Source: Desulfobulbus propionicus DSM 2032 (lineage in GTDB: Bacteria > Desulfobacterota > Desulfobulbia > Desulfobulbales > Desulfobulbaceae). From it: a stretch of DNA of 32,000 bases. The stretch lies in the NCBI RefSeq assembly GCF_000186885.1, contig NC_014972.1:2820001-2852000 (forward strand), in the 5' to 3' direction. Under the pieces are notes generated by a model. It ran no database searches. It saw only the letters and a program-made list of their open reading frames with translations, and had not been told where the DNA came from. Made by a program: the position numbers and the translations under genes. This document shows, piece after piece, positions 1 through 10,862 of this stretch. Each line of letters opens with the position of its first letter. Within the stretch, counting starts at the first letter, position 1.

Positions 1-263
1 GCCAGGTTGACCACCGCATCGAACTGTTCACGGGCAAACAGGGCCGCCGTCCGCTCCCGGTCGGCCATGTCAAACTCGACATGGTGGAAGGCGGCGAAAG
101 CCTGCAACTCGGCCAAGCGGTCCCGTTTGAGTTGCGGATCGTAATAATCGTTGAGATTATCGAGCCCGACAACCGAGCGCCCTTCCGCCAACAGTCGAAG
201 GGTCAAGGCGTGACCAATGAAGCCGGCCGCGCCGGTAACCAATATCTTGTGCAACGCTTTCAA
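1..263 (-). CDS. NAD-dependent epimerase/dehydratase (extended SDR, UDP-glucuronate 4-epimerase-like), N-terminal fragment; the gene continues beyond the window
   Basis: It is absent from the ORF track because it runs off the window edge. Minus-strand translation from TTG at 263 (GAGGAGG Shine-Dalgarno a few nt upstream) reads MKALHKILVTGAAGFIGHALTLRLLAEGRSVVGLDNLNDYYDPQLKRDRLAELQ... This is the TGxxGFIG Rossmann N-terminus typical of sugar-nucleotide epimerases. Confidence 0.7.
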   Translation of the reverse strand, partial: MKALHKILVTGAAGFIGHALTLRLLAEGRSVVGLDNLNDYYDPQLKRDRLAELQAFAAFHHVEFDMADRERTAALFAREQFDAVVNL

Positions 264-307
264 TGCCTTCCTCCTCTCTTTCCCGCAGCCTGGAACCACG
301 ATCCAGG

Positions 308-1588
308 TCAGTCGTCAAAATTCCCCTGCGGCCCCTTGTCGGTGGACAAGGTGGCGCCCCATTCCCTGATCTTGGCCACGGTCCAGTTCTCGGGCGACTC
401 GATCCGGCCGGTTTTCGGACCGATATCGTAGGAACCGGCCTCAAGTATGGCCTCGACGCCAAAACGGGCGGTGTCTGCGGCATTGAACACTTCCACCAGC
501 ATGGTGTAGATAAAATTTTCCACCCGCCGGGCCATCCGTTCACGAATTGCCTTGGGCTGGCCCATGATTTTATTTTCAAACGGCAGGTTCAAGTTCTTGT
601 AATCGCCTGTTTTCCAACCCTTGCTCTCGGCATGGGCGCGCATCGCCTGCCATAGCTCCTCAGTGACACCCTCGCCGGGAATTTTGATAAAATCACCGTT
701 GGCGTCAAGAGCCGCATTGCCATAATCGTTGACTTCCAATCCCCAGGAAACCATTTGCAACGCGGTGGCCACATTGGCCTTGGTGGTGTAGGTCTGGGCG
801 GCGATTGCTCGCAGCCGATCGGAGTTGTTGCCCGAGGTGCCGTGTTGGGCTCCGGACACCGCATAACCGGCCAGCGCCTTGTGGATGTCGGCGGTCAGTT
901 CCACCTGAATTCCTTGGGCGGATGCCTCGATGCCATGGGTCGTGCCGTTGTTGAGTGCGATCCAATCGGGAAAAATATCGTGCGCGTTGAGCCCCTGGAT
1001 GATGAACAAGGCCTCTTCCTTGGTGGACAGGCCAAGTTTACCTTTGATTTCCCCGACCTCGGTTTCCAGACCGGCCCAAACGGGAACATACTTGGCCAGT
1101 TCGATGCTGGCCAGCAGGTTGTCGGCATCGGGCATGTGCGAGGCGTCGATGGCGATTGAAGTGATGCCTGCCTCGAAGATGGTGGGGATTTCGACCGCCG
1201 CCACCGGCACATCCTCAGCCTTCTTGATGCCATAGTGATCGGCATGAATAGCCACCGGCACGGTAATGGCCAGCTCGTTGCACAGCGCGTCCACCTGACG
1301 GGCAATGTTCCAGTAGTTGACGGGGCAGTAGGCGTTAGCTCCGCCCTCGGATCGGGCAATCTCGATGATGATGGCCGCATGGGCCCGCTGCGCCGCCTGA
1401 AGGGCCCCACGGATAATCAAGTGATTTCGACCATTGGCGGCAATGGTCATCGCGCCACCCTTGGCCAGCATCGCGCGGTCGATCACCTTGCCGCTGACGA
1501 TCAGGGCGCGTGAATGGGGAAACAGGGTGCGAATATTCGGCGGCCGGCCGATCTCCAGGGCTTTTTCAAAATCAGCTATATAGGACAT
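308..1588 (-). CDS. fba: Class II (metal-dependent) fructose-1,6-bisphosphate aldolase family protein, long form
   Basis: The 426-aa ORF has an ATG start. It shows F_bP_aldolase-type motif spacing: ...VAIHADHYG..., IAIDASH, ETEVGEIKG, LNNGTTHG, GAQHGTSG. The plus-strand ORFs overlapping it are antisense artefacts. Confidence 0.8.
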   Translation of the reverse strand: MSYIADFEKALEIGRPPNIRTLFPHSRALIVSGKVIDRAMLAKGGAMTIAANGRNHLIIRGALQAAQRAHAAIIIEIARSEGGANAYCPVNYWNIARQVDALCNELAITVPVAIHADHYGIKKAEDVPVAAVEIPTIFEAGITSIAIDASHMPDADNLLASIELAKYVPVWAGLETEVGEIKGKLGLSTKEEALFIIQGLNAHDIFPDWIALNNGTTHGIEASAQGIQVELTADIHKALAGYAVSGAQHGTSGNNSDRLRAIAAQTYTTKANVATALQMVSWGLEVNDYGNAALDANGDFIKIPGEGVTEELWQAMRAHAESKGWKTGDYKNLNLPFENKIMGQPKAIRERMARRVENFIYTMLVEVFNAADTARFGVEAILEAGSYDIGPKTGRIESPENWTVAKIREWGATLSTDKGPQGNFDD

Positions 1589-1739
1589 GCGTTCCCTCCT
1601 ATTGACAATGCATCTGGTTCAAGATTGGGCGTTTTTTCATTCATGCAAACAATACCGCTGCCACACATAAAGTAAACGAGTCCGGCGTGAGTCGGCAAGG
1701 ACAAATCCATCGTGTTCCGGGGGGGCCTGTTGCTCGCCC

Positions 1740-2584
1740 TCACAGCGGGCCTCGTTGCTCGTCGCCCTCGCCTTCGGCGTCAAAACCGGCCGGCTTTGCC
1801 TCGGTTTTGGACGGAAAACCTGCCAAGGTCGTGCGGGCGAAGAGAACCACCGCGAGGATACTGATTTCGTAGAGCACGATCAACGGTCCGGCCATCAGCA
1901 GTTGGTTGACCACGTCCGGGGTGGGAGTCAGGATGGCGGCAAGGACAAAGGCTATCAAGAGCGCATACTTACGGTTCTTTTTCAAGAACGATCCGCTGAC
2001 CACCCCAATCTTGCCGAGGAAGACCATGAACACCGGCAGCTCAAAAATAACGCCAAAGGCAAACAACAGGCGTAAAGCGAGAGAGAAATACTCGTCGACC
2101 GCCGGCATGGGTTCCAGAAAGGCGCTGGAATAGCCGAGCAGAAAGCGAAAAGCCGGGGGAAAGACGACAAAATAGCCGAAGGCTGCGCCGCCGACGAAAC
2201 AGAGGGTGGAAATCACGGTAAAGGGCACCAGCACCAGCTTTTCGTGGCGATAGAGTCCCGGAGAGATAAATCGCCAAATTTGCGAGAAAATCACCGGGCT
2301 AGCCAGGAGAACGCCGCAAACCAGCGCGAGCTTTAGATAAAAAAAAACCCTTCCTGGTACGAGGTGAAGATCAGCGGTTTTCCCGGAGGCAGCACCTTGA
2401 TCAGCGGGCGAAGAAACCAATCGGCCAACGGCCGGACAAAACTGTAGGCAGCGGCAAAACCGGCGCCCACCGCAGCCAAGGAAATCAGCAGACACGAACG
2501 CAACTCGGCCAGATGTTCGGTCAGGGTCTGCTGTTCGAATTGTTCCTGTGTTTCCACGTGCTCTATCCCAACTTCATGATTCAA
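1740..2584 (-). pseudogene. tatC: Twin-arginine translocase subunit TatC, interrupted by a 1-nt frameshift in a T9 run (plus-strand A9 at 2339..2347)
   Basis: ORF 2584..2333 ends ...LIFTSYQEGFFFI*. ORF frame 2495..1740 continues ...YLKLALVCGVLLASPVIFSQIWRFISPGLYRHEKLVLVPF... through the remaining TatC TM segments. One extra T (or a -1 slip) gives GFFFYLKLAL and a roughly 281-aa intact TatC. Confidence 0.8.
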
Positions 2585-2717
2585 AAAAATTTTTTCCTTT
2601 CTACCCCATCACGCCCTTAAAGTAAACCGATTATGGATAATGTTTGACTTCGGCTTCTCCTTGGGGCTACACTGTCTGATATGTCCAATAGATTGATTTG
2701 CAAGGGTTTTTACAACT

Positions 2718-4100
2718 ATGAACATGGCTTCCATTCTTGTTGTCGATGACGAACTGAGCATGCGCGAGTTCCTCAAGATTCTTCTTGAAAAAGAAGGCTA
2801 TCAGGTAGCGACGGCGGCCGATGGCCAAGCAGCTCTCGAGCGTGCGGAAAAAACCGCCTTTGACCTGGTGATCACCGACATTCGCATGCCCGGCATGAGC
2901 GGTTTGGACCTGTTGGCGCGACTCAAGCAACTGCAAGCGGATATCGGGGTGATCATGATTACCGCCTTCGCCTCGCCCGACGATGCGGTGACGGCCATGA
3001 AGAGCGGAGCCTTCGACTACATCACCAAACCCTTTAATGTCGACGAAATCAAGACGGTTATCCGGGCCGTGCTGAAAAAAAGGCCGCAGGTCGAAAGCAA
3101 AGCTTGCAGCGGCTTTCCCGAGATCATTGGTCAGAGTCCGGAGATGATGAAGATTTTCGACCTGATCACCAAGATCGCGCCGACACCCGCCAACGTGCTC
3201 ATCTACGGGGAATCCGGGACCGGCAAGGAGCTGGTGGCCAAGGCTATCCACAATCGTTCTCGGGTGGCGAACAACCCCTTTGTGCCCATCACCTGCAGCG
3301 CCATTCCCGAAAGCCTGCTCGAAAGCGAGTTGTTCGGTCACGTCAAGGGTTCCTTTACCGGGGCAATTGCCGACAAGGCAGGGCTGTTTCAGCAGGCGGA
3401 CGGTGGCACCGCCTTTCTTGACGAAATCGGCGAGCTGACGCCAATCATCCAGACCAAGCTCCTGCGTGTCCTCCAGGAGCGGGAATTCATGCCGGTGGGA
3501 TCGACCAAAACCCGTCAGGTCAATGTGCGGATCATTGCCGCCACCAATCGCATCCTTGAACAGGAAATTATTTCCGGAAAATTCCGCGAGGATCTCTATT
3601 ACCGTCTGGCCGTGGTTCCCATTCGGGTGCCGCCTCTGCGGGAGCGGCGCGGCGACGTCCCCCTGCTGGTCGATCACTTCCTGAAAAAATATTCGACCTT
3701 GCTGGGCAAGGAGATTCAAACCATCAGCTCCTACGGGATGGAGGTGCTGATGCAGTATGATTTTCCCGGCAATGTTCGCGAATTGGAAAACATTATCGAA
3801 CGGGGCGTCGCGCTCGAATCCTCCAATATCATCCTCCCTGAAAGCCTGATCCTTTCTCTGCACCGCCAGGAAAAAAACAAACCGAAAACGGAAGGGGTTC
3901 CCCCACCGCTTTTTGTTGCCGCCCACAACGAAGAGGAACTTTTTGCCCAAGGGCTGGAAGAGATCCTGCAACGGGTGGAGAAGGAAATGATTCTCCATGC
4001 CCTGGCCAAGGCCGACAATTCAAAAATGCGGGCGGCTGATCTGCTGAAACTCAGTTTTCGCAGCCTGCGCTACAAGACCAAAAAACACGGTATCGACTGA
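2718..4100 (+). CDS. Sigma-54-dependent response regulator, NtrC family (REC, AAA+ sigma-54 interaction domain, Fis-type HTH); PilR-like
   Basis: The REC domain reads ILVVDDE...DLVITDIRMPGMSG. The AAA+ domain has Walker A GESGTGKE, the sigma-54 contact loop GSFTGA, and FLDEIGEL. The C-terminal HTH reads NSKMRAADLLKLSFRSLRYKTKKHGI. Confidence 0.9.
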   Translation: MNMASILVVDDELSMREFLKILLEKEGYQVATAADGQAALERAEKTAFDLVITDIRMPGMSGLDLLARLKQLQADIGVIMITAFASPDDAVTAMKSGAFDYITKPFNVDEIKTVIRAVLKKRPQVESKACSGFPEIIGQSPEMMKIFDLITKIAPTPANVLIYGESGTGKELVAKAIHNRSRVANNPFVPITCSAIPESLLESELFGHVKGSFTGAIADKAGLFQQADGGTAFLDEIGELTPIIQTKLLRVLQEREFMPVGSTKTRQVNVRIIAATNRILEQEIISGKFREDLYYRLAVVPIRVPPLRERRGDVPLLVDHFLKKYSTLLGKEIQTISSYGMEVLMQYDFPGNVRELENIIERGVALESSNIILPESLILSLHRQEKNKPKTEGVPPPLFVAAHNEEELFAQGLEEILQRVEKEMILHALAKADNSKMRAADLLKLSFRSLRYKTKKHGID

Positions 4101-4155
4101 CGGATCTTTTGTCTGCCAGCCGCTGCCGGCGCAACCTCAACCACCGCCGCACGCC

Positions 4156-5871
4156 ATGGTTCGTTTCATCTCCAGGATTTTTTCCCCGGTCACCAACAGC
4201 GAACAGGAAACCCGACGGCATATTCTGTTGTGGATACTGATCCGGGTCATGCTGTTCACCCTGCTCATCACCATTACCACCTACCTGCGGGAAAAAGGGC
4301 ATCCCGTGATCCTGCCGCCAGCATCCGTGACCTCCCTGTTTCTCCTCGGGATTTACGGTTTTTCCATCACCTCCGCGCTGCTACTGCGGAAAGCGGGGTG
4401 GCCGGCACGGCACTTCGCCATCAGCCAGCTCTTTTGCGACACCGTTTTCTACGCTCTTGTTGTCTATAGCACGGGCTGCAGCCAATCCAACTTCACCGCC
4501 CTCCTCGTTCTACCGGTCATTGCCGGAGGGTTGCTCCTGTATCGAATCGGTGCCCTGTTCCTCGCCGCGACCGCTACCCTGCTTTACGGCGGATTGCTTG
4601 CCCTCGAATTCTTCGACAGGGTGCCAGGGTATTTTCTTGCGTCGGCCTATAGACCGCCCGCCACCATTCTGACCGGCATCAATCTTTTCGCCATCTACGG
4701 CCTGATCTTCTTTCTCGCTGCCCTGCTCAGCGGGCAACTGGCACGGCGGCTGAGCGCCACCGAGGAAAAATTGAGCCGGACATCCTTGGAATATGACCGG
4801 TTATCGATCCTCTACAAACAGATCTTTGACGATATTTCCACCGGAATTATCACCACTGACCAAAACGACTTCGTCACCTCATATAATCAGGCGGCGGAAA
4901 GAATTACCGGTTATCCGCGGGAAAAGGTCCTCGGCCAGCCGTTTAACCGCTGTTTTCCTGCCATCCGCCTTCTGGAAAAACAGGGTCGCAGTGTCTGTGA
5001 TTTTCTGAAAAACGAGGGGACGCCGATTCGGATCGGGTACTCCTTTTCCTACCTCAACATGCCGGGGCAGGAACGACAGGAGGATCGCCAAGGCAAATGG
5101 AAGGTGATCACCTTGCAGGACATCAGTCAAATCGAACGGATGGAACGACAGATGCGGGAGGCGGAAAAGATGGCGGCCATCGGCGAATTAAGTGCTTCCA
5201 TTGCCCACGATTTCAGGAATCCGCTGGCAGCCATTTCCGGTTCGGCCCAGATCCTGGCCATGGAACACAACCCGCTCGAAACCCTCGACGCCACCACCTT
5301 CAAGACCCTGGTGGCTATTATCTCTCGGGAATCCAACCGAATGGCCAAGACAATCACCGACTTCCTCCAATTTGCCCGCCCCGCGCCGATCCAGCCGGAG
5401 TGGTTTGATTTCAACCGGGTGGTCGATGAAGTCATCGCCCACCTATCGGCCGGAACCAAAACCGCCGCTGTCACGGAAATTCGCAAGGAGATCGCCGAAC
5501 ATCTCGACTGCTGGGCCGATCGTCAGCAAATGCAAACCATCCTCGGCCATCTGCTGGAGAATGCTTCCTCAGCCATGGGGGCCAGTCCAGGCTCAATCGT
5601 CATTGCCGCCCACGACAATGACAGGACCGGAGACGGTCAAGGCTCCCTGTGGGTGGAGATTCGCGATCAGGGACCTGGGATACCGCCTGAACTGCGGGAC
5701 AAGGTCTTTACCCCTTTTTTTTCTAGCCGTACCGATGGCACGGGCCTGGGATTGTCGATAGTCCGTCAAATCGTGGAAAATCACTGCGGCACAGTCGAAA
5801 TCGACAGCGCCACCCCCCAAGGCTGCATCGTTCGCCTGCGTTTTCCCCTGCCCCAGGGGGTTACGCCTTGA
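4156..5871 (+). CDS. Membrane sensor histidine kinase (about 6 TM helices, PAS, HisKA, HATPase_c); PilS/NtrB-like partner of the upstream regulator
   Basis: The hydrophobic N-terminal ~200 aa carry several predicted TM segments. A PAS-like segment reads [30 protein letters not shown]. The H-box is [17 protein letters not shown]. The N, G1 and G2 boxes read [17 protein letters not shown] and GTGLGLSIV. The gene starts 55 nt after the regulator gene. Confidence 0.85.
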   Translation: MVRFISRIFSPVTNSEQETRRHILLWILIRVMLFTLLITITTYLREKGHPVILPPASVTSLFLLGIYGFSITSALLLRKAGWPARHFAISQLFCDTVFYALVVYSTGCSQSNFTALLVLPVIAGGLLLYRIGALFLAATATLLYGGLLALEFFDRVPGYFLASAYRPPATILTGINLFAIYGLIFFLAALLSGQLARRLSATEEKLSRTSLEYDRLSILYKQIFDDISTGIITTDQNDFVTSYNQAAERITGYPREKVLGQPFNRCFPAIRLLEKQGRSVCDFLKNEGTPIRIGYSFSYLNMPGQERQEDRQGKWKVITLQDISQIERMERQMREAEKMAAIGELSASIAHDFRNPLAAISGSAQILAMEHNPLETLDATTFKTLVAIISRESNRMAKTITDFLQFARPAPIQPEWFDFNRVVDEVIAHLSAGTKTAAVTEIRKEIAEHLDCWADRQQMQTILGHLLENASSAMGASPGSIVIAAHDNDRTGDGQGSLWVEIRDQGPGIPPELRDKVFTPFFSSRTDGTGLGLSIVRQIVENHCGTVEIDSATPQGCIVRLRFPLPQGVTP

Positions 5872-7144
5872 CCTTGTTGACTTTGGCCCCCACGCCCTGC
5901 AGTTTTTCCACCATATTCTCATAGCCCCGTTCAAGGTGATAAATTCTCGACACCTCGGTTGTGTCGCTGGCGGAGAGGCCGGCAATGACCAGGGAAGCGG
6001 AGGCCCGAAGATCCGTGGCCATCACCGGCGCTCCGCAGAGCTTGTCGCGGCCGATGCCCCGCACCACAGCCCTCGATCCTTCAATGGCAATGTCGGCCCC
6101 CATCCGTTTCAGTTCGGCAACATGCATGAACCGATTTTCAAAGATCGTTTCATGAATGATCGAGGTGCCATCGCCCTGGACCATCAGGGCCATGAATTGG
6201 GCCTGAAGATCCGTGGGAAAACCGGGATACGGCAAGGTGGTGATGTCGACGCTGCGCAAGCGGCACAGGCTCCGACCTCCTATCTCGGGGCAGGAAACGG
6301 TCAGGGATGTTGCGCCCGCCTCGATCTCTACCCCGCACAGGAGCAGTTTCTCCGTGAGCGCGGAGACATGGGCAGGAATGCAGTCGGTGATGGTCATGCA
6401 GCCGCCGGTGGCCGCCACCGCGATCATATAGGTTCCGGTTTCAATCCGATCAGGAATGATGGCCGATTCGGTCGCGTGCAGTCGATCCACCCCCTGCACG
6501 ACCAGCCGATCCGTATCCTTGCCCTCGATCTCGGCGCCCATGGCAACCAGCATGTCAATCAGATTGCCCACTTCGGGCTCCTTGGCCGCATTCTTGATAA
6601 CTGTCTCTCCCCGGGCCACCACCGAGGCCATGAGTACGTTTTCCGTCCCGGTAACTGAAGGGATGTCAAAATAAATGGTATTGCCCCGCATCCGCCCCTC
6701 GCCCCGGGCTTCCACATACCCCTGCTCAAGGTGGGTGGTGACCCCCAGTTTTTCAAATCCCTGCAGGTGATAATTGATTGGCCGGGCACCAATGGCACAC
6801 CCGCCGGGCAGGGATACACGGGCAAAACCGGAACGGGCCAGCAGGGGGCCAAGGACCAGGACCGAAGCGCGCATGGTTTTCACCAAATCATAGGGCGCCT
6901 CGACGCCGGTGAGATGGTCGCTGTTGATGCGCACAGTATGCCCTGCACGCTCCCACCGTGCGCCAAGGATTTCAAGCAGCTTGAGCATGGTCCGGGTATC
7001 GCGGAGATCCGGGACATTGTGCAGCGTATGCACGCCTGGCGCCAGCAGGGTTGCGGCTAACAGGGGCAGCGCGGCATTTTTCGCCCCACTGATACCGACC
7101 GTGCCATACAGGGGAAATCCGCCTTCGATAACAAGTTTATCCAT
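5861..7144 (-). CDS. murA: UDP-N-acetylglucosamine 1-carboxyvinyltransferase
   Basis: The N-terminus is [34 protein letters not shown], and the active-site context is [13 protein letters not shown]. The ATG at 7144 is preferred over the GTG at 7153 given in the ORF track. Confidence 0.93.
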   Translation of the reverse strand: MDKLVIEGGFPLYGTVGISGAKNAALPLLAATLLAPGVHTLHNVPDLRDTRTMLKLLEILGARWERAGHTVRINSDHLTGVEAPYDLVKTMRASVLVLGPLLARSGFARVSLPGGCAIGARPINYHLQGFEKLGVTTHLEQGYVEARGEGRMRGNTIYFDIPSVTGTENVLMASVVARGETVIKNAAKEPEVGNLIDMLVAMGAEIEGKDTDRLVVQGVDRLHATESAIIPDRIETGTYMIAVAATGGCMTITDCIPAHVSALTEKLLLCGVEIEAGATSLTVSCPEIGGRSLCRLRSVDITTLPYPGFPTDLQAQFMALMVQGDGTSIIHETIFENRFMHVAELKRMGADIAIEGSRAVVRGIGRDKLCGAPVMATDLRASASLVIAGLSASDTTEVSRIYHLERGYENMVEKLQGVGAKVNKVKA

Positions 7145-7200
7145 AAAAATCACACCGATGGGAGAAAATCAAACGTTGAAAACCCTGAACGCGTGGACGA

Positions 7201-8061
7201 TCAGGCGGAAGGAACATAGCGAGCTCGCACGACTCGTGGCCGATCCGCCCAGTCGTGGATGACGCTGACTTCCCGGTAGGCAAGCCCTGGAGCATGAAAG
7301 AGGCGCTCCACGGCATGTTTCTGGTCAGCGCCGATTTCAAGAAAGATCCAGCCACCCGGACAAAGAAAGTCCTGTGCGGCTTCAGCGATCCGCGCGATGC
7401 TTTCCAAGCCGCTGGCGCCTCCGGAAAGGGCGAGGCGAGGTTCGGCTTGCGCCACTTCGGGCTCCAGCTGGTCAATCACCGCCTCCGCGATATAGGGCGG
7501 ATTGCTGACGATAAGGTCAAAGGTGCGGGCCGGGTTCAGCGCGGCAAACAGATCGCCACACAGCAGCGTCACCAGGTTGGCGACGCCGTGACACCGCACA
7601 TTGTCGGCCGCCACAGCCAGGGCGGCCTCGGAGATGTCAACGGCGATCACCGGGCGGCCGAGTTCTCGGGCAAGAACGACCGCGATTGCACCACTGCCGG
7701 TGCACATGTCCAACGCTCGTTCCACCGTGGTTCCCGCGCAGGTGGTCAGGACCTGCTCCAGCATGAATTCCGTTTCCGGACGGGGAATGAGCACGGCAGG
7801 CGAAACGGTGAATGCAAGGGACCAGAATTCCTGTACGCCGGTCAGATACTGCAACGGGACACGCTGGCAGCGCTGCTCAATGAGTTGCCGATAGCGCGCC
7901 ACGGTCTGGGAATCGACGCTCTCGTGGCCATGCAGCACCACGTCGCTCCGCGACATTGCCGTCAGATGCTGGAGCAACAGCCGGGCATCAAGCGCGGCCT
8001 CTTCGATGCCGGCCCGCTCCAGTTGCCGGGAGGCGTCGGTGAGCAGTGTATCGATGCGCAT
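7201..8061 (-). CDS. prmC: Release factor glutamine N5-methyltransferase PrmC (HemK)
   Basis: It has the SAM-binding motif DMCTGSGAI and the catalytic motif NPPYI. It lies immediately downstream of prfA, which is the classic operon arrangement. Confidence 0.9.
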   Translation of the reverse strand: MRIDTLLTDASRQLERAGIEEAALDARLLLQHLTAMSRSDVVLHGHESVDSQTVARYRQLIEQRCQRVPLQYLTGVQEFWSLAFTVSPAVLIPRPETEFMLEQVLTTCAGTTVERALDMCTGSGAIAVVLARELGRPVIAVDISEAALAVAADNVRCHGVANLVTLLCGDLFAALNPARTFDLIVSNPPYIAEAVIDQLEPEVAQAEPRLALSGGASGLESIARIAEAAQDFLCPGGWIFLEIGADQKHAVERLFHAPGLAYREVSVIHDWADRPRVVRARYVPSA

Positions 8062-8078
8062 CGAAGGGGGGACAGAGG

Positions 8079-9149
8079 CTAGCGGGTGGATTTCAGCGCT
8101 TCCGTTTGATAATGGGTAATGATCGGCAGGATGATATCGTCCAGCATGCCGGCCATCACCTGATCCAAACGGTACAGGGTGAGATTGATCCGATGATCGG
8201 TGACCCGCCCCTGGGGGAAGTTATAGGTGCGGATGCGCTCGCTGCGATCGCCCGAACCCACCTGGCTTTTCCGTTCCTCGGAAATGCGGTCGTGCCGCTC
8301 CTGCTCCATCTTGTCCAACAGACGGGCTCGCAGGACTTGCAACGCCTTGGCCTTGTTCTTGTGTTGGGATTTTTCGTCCTGACAGGTGACCACCAGGCCG
8401 GTGGGCAGGTGGGTCACGCGGACAGCGGAATCGGTGGTGTTGACCGATTGGCCGCCGGGGCCGGAAGAACGATAGACATCGAACTTCAGCTCATTGGGTT
8501 CAATGTGCAGATCGACCTCTTCCGCTTCGGGTATAATGGCCACGGTCACCGCCGAGGTATGGATCCGCCCCTGGGTTTCGGTATCGGGCACACGCTGCAC
8601 CCGATGGACACCGGATTCGTATTTCAACCGGGAATAGACCTGGGTGCCGCTCACCAAGGCGATCAGTTCCTTAAAGCCGCCGATACCGATGGGATTGGAA
8701 CTCATCACCTCGACCTTCCAGCCCTGCATCTCGGCATAGCGGCTGTACATGCGAAAGAGATCAGCCACAAACAGCGCCGCCTCGTCGCCGCCCGTTCCCG
8801 CTCTGATTTCAAGAAAGATGTTCTTGTCGTCATTCGGATCCTTGGGCAGCAGACGGATCCGGATGGCTTGTTCCAGTTCGGTCTGCTTGACGACAAGCTC
8901 CTCTATCTCGGCCTTGGCCAATTCCACCAGATCGGGATCGTCCTGCTCGGTGCGGATCAGTTCCTGATTGCCAGCGATCTGAGCGCGGACATTGGTGTAA
9001 GCGGCATAGAGTTCGGCGATCTTGGCCACGTTGGCATGTTCACGGACGATTTCCCGATACCGCTGCTGATCGCTCACCAGTTGCGGGTCAGCGAGCTGCC
9101 GCTCAAGCACACCCAGCTTTTCGTCAATATCGCGCAGATTGTCAAACAT
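8079..9149 (-). CDS. prfA: Peptide chain release factor 1
   Basis: It carries the GGQ motif ([16 protein letters not shown]) and an RF1-type recognition region ([17 protein letters not shown]). The length of 356 aa is typical. Confidence 0.95.
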   Translation of the reverse strand: MFDNLRDIDEKLGVLERQLADPQLVSDQQRYREIVREHANVAKIAELYAAYTNVRAQIAGNQELIRTEQDDPDLVELAKAEIEELVVKQTELEQAIRIRLLPKDPNDDKNIFLEIRAGTGGDEAALFVADLFRMYSRYAEMQGWKVEVMSSNPIGIGGFKELIALVSGTQVYSRLKYESGVHRVQRVPDTETQGRIHTSAVTVAIIPEAEEVDLHIEPNELKFDVYRSSGPGGQSVNTTDSAVRVTHLPTGLVVTCQDEKSQHKNKAKALQVLRARLLDKMEQERHDRISEERKSQVGSGDRSERIRTYNFPQGRVTDHRINLTLYRLDQVMAGMLDDIILPIITHYQTEALKSTR

Positions 9150-9233
9150 GCTTGATTGCGTTGGGAAAAAGAAAATCCCTCATGACCACGGGCTTCGTCG
9201 CCTCCTATCTTGTCCATCGCTGCCCGGCAGCAC

Positions 9234-9259
9234 GGAAAAAACAGAAGGGCGCAACGCCC
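9234..9259 (-). terminator. Candidate small intrinsic terminator downstream of rpmE
   Basis: The minus strand reads GGGCG-TTG-CGCCC followed by TTCTGTTTTTTCC. The stem is only 5 bp, so this call is weak. Confidence 0.35.
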
Positions 9260-9298
9260 GTGATCAGGAGGGCTGGAAAGAAAGGATGACCGGGGTGG

Positions 9299-9517
9299 TT
9301 ATTTTTTCTTGCTGCCCTGGTAGCCGGCATATTTTTTCTTAAATTTCTCAATCCGGCCAGCTGTGTCCACCAGTTTCTGCTTGCCAGTGAAAAAAGGATG
9401 GCAGGCGGAACAGATCTCAACCCGAATCTCGCTGTTCACCGAACCAAGCTCGATTTCATTGCCACAGGCGCACAGTGCCTTGATTTTATGATATTCTGGA
9501 TGGGTATCTGGTTTCAT
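9299..9517 (-). CDS. rpmE: 50S ribosomal protein L31, Zn-ribbon type
   Basis: The sequence is [24 protein letters not shown]...[16 protein letters not shown]. An AGGAG Shine-Dalgarno lies 7 nt upstream of the ATG at 9517, so the ORF-track start at 9547 is probably too long. Confidence 0.93.
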   Translation of the reverse strand: MKPDTHPEYHKIKALCACGNEIELGSVNSEIRVEICSACHPFFTGKQKLVDTAGRIEKFKKKYAGYQGSKKK

Positions 9518-9614
9518 GGGTCGTACTCCTTCTGAAAGGTTATCCACAAGAAAATTTGCTCAAAAGAATGGCAATATATCTTTTTTCGTCACTTCTTGAA
9601 AGAAAAAACAAATC

Positions 9615-10862
9615 CTAGCGATTCATGGAGGCAAAAAACTCCTGATTGGTCTTGGTCTGGCTCATCTTGTCCAAAAGAAACTCCATGGCATCGGCGGGAT
9701 TCATGGACGAGAGCAGTTTGCGGAGTATCCAGATCCGGTTCAGATCTTCGGGAGGCAGCAGCAGATCTTCCTTGCGGGTTCCGGACTTCTGGATATCGAT
9801 GGCCGGGTAGATGCGGCGGTTGGCCATTTTCCGATCCAGCACGATTTCCATGTTGCCCGTTCCCTTGAACTCCTCGAAAATCACCTCGTCCATACGGCTG
9901 CCGGTGTCGATCAGGGCGGTGGCGAGGATGGTCAGGCTCCCTCCCTCCTCGACGTTGCGTGCCGCGCCGAAAAACCGTTTCGGTCGGTGCAGGGCATTGG
10001 CCTCGACACCACCGGAGAGAATCTTGCCCGAGGCCGGCGTTACCGTGTTGTAGGCGCGGGCCAGCCGGGTGATCGAATCGAGCAGGATAACCACGTCTTT
10101 TTTATGCTCGACCAACCGCTGGGCCTTCTGGATGACCATCTCCGCCACTTGAATATGGCGCTGCGGCGGTTCGTCGAAGGTCGAACTGACCACCTCGGCA
10201 TCGACACTGCGCTTCATGTCGGTCACCTCTTCCGGGCGCTCGTCGATCAACAGCACGATTAAAATAATCTCTTTGTGATTGGTGACGATGGAGTTGGCGA
10301 TCTTCTGCATCAGCACGGTCTTGCCGGTACGGGGCGGCGCGACGATCAGGCCGCGTTGTCCCTTGCCCAACGGCGCGGTGATGTTCAAAACCCGCATGGA
10401 CAGGTTGTCCGGCGTGGTCTCCAGATTGATCAACTTATCGGGATGCAACGGTGTCAGGTTGATGAAAGCGGTTTTATTTTTCGCCGCTTCCGGCAACTCA
10501 TAATTGATGGTATCCACCTTGAGCAGGGCGAAATACCGTTCGTTGTCCTTGGGCGCACGCACCTCGCCCTCGACACTGTCACCGGTTCGCAGGTTGAGCC
10601 GGCGGATCTGCGACGGCGACACGTAGATATCATCCGGACCGGGCAAATAATTGTAGTCCGGAGCACGAAGAAAACCGAATCCATCCTGGAGGATTTCAAG
10701 CACGCCGCTGCCTCGCAACTTGCCGTCCTCGTCGGCCTGCTCTTTGAGGATGGCAAAAATCAGCTCCTGCTTGGTCATATTGCTGTACCCCTCGATATTG
10801 AGCGATGCAGCAAGGCTGACAAGTTCCTTTATTTTCTTGTTCTTCAACTCGGTTGGATTCAT
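9615..10862 (-). CDS. rho: Transcription termination factor Rho
   Basis: The N-terminal domain reads [12 protein letters not shown], followed by Walker A ([12 protein letters not shown]) and the conserved C-terminal region. The length is 415 aa. Confidence 0.95.
   Translation of the reverse strand: MNPTELKNKKIKELVSLAASLNIEGYSNMTKQELIFAILKEQADEDGKLRGSGVLEILQDGFGFLRAPDYNYLPGPDDIYVSPSQIRRLNLRTGDSVEGEVRAPKDNERYFALLKVDTINYELPEAAKNKTAFINLTPLHPDKLINLETTPDNLSMRVLNITAPLGKGQRGLIVAPPRTGKTVLMQKIANSIVTNHKEIILIVLLIDERPEEVTDMKRSVDAEVVSSTFDEPPQRHIQVAEMVIQKAQRLVEHKKDVVILLDSITRLARAYNTVTPASGKILSGGVEANALHRPKRFFGAARNVEEGGSLTILATALIDTGSRMDEVIFEEFKGTGNMEIVLDRKMANRRIYPAIDIQKSGTRKEDLLLPPEDLNRIWILRKLLSSMNPADAMEFLLDKMSQTKTNQEFFASMNR

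Noticed and set aside
284-307. The hairpin CCTGGA-accacga-TCCAGG between fba and the epimerase gene might be a terminator.
   Set aside because: It has only a 6-bp stem and no U-tract. It sits immediately before the epimerase Shine-Dalgarno, so the two genes are more likely co-transcribed.
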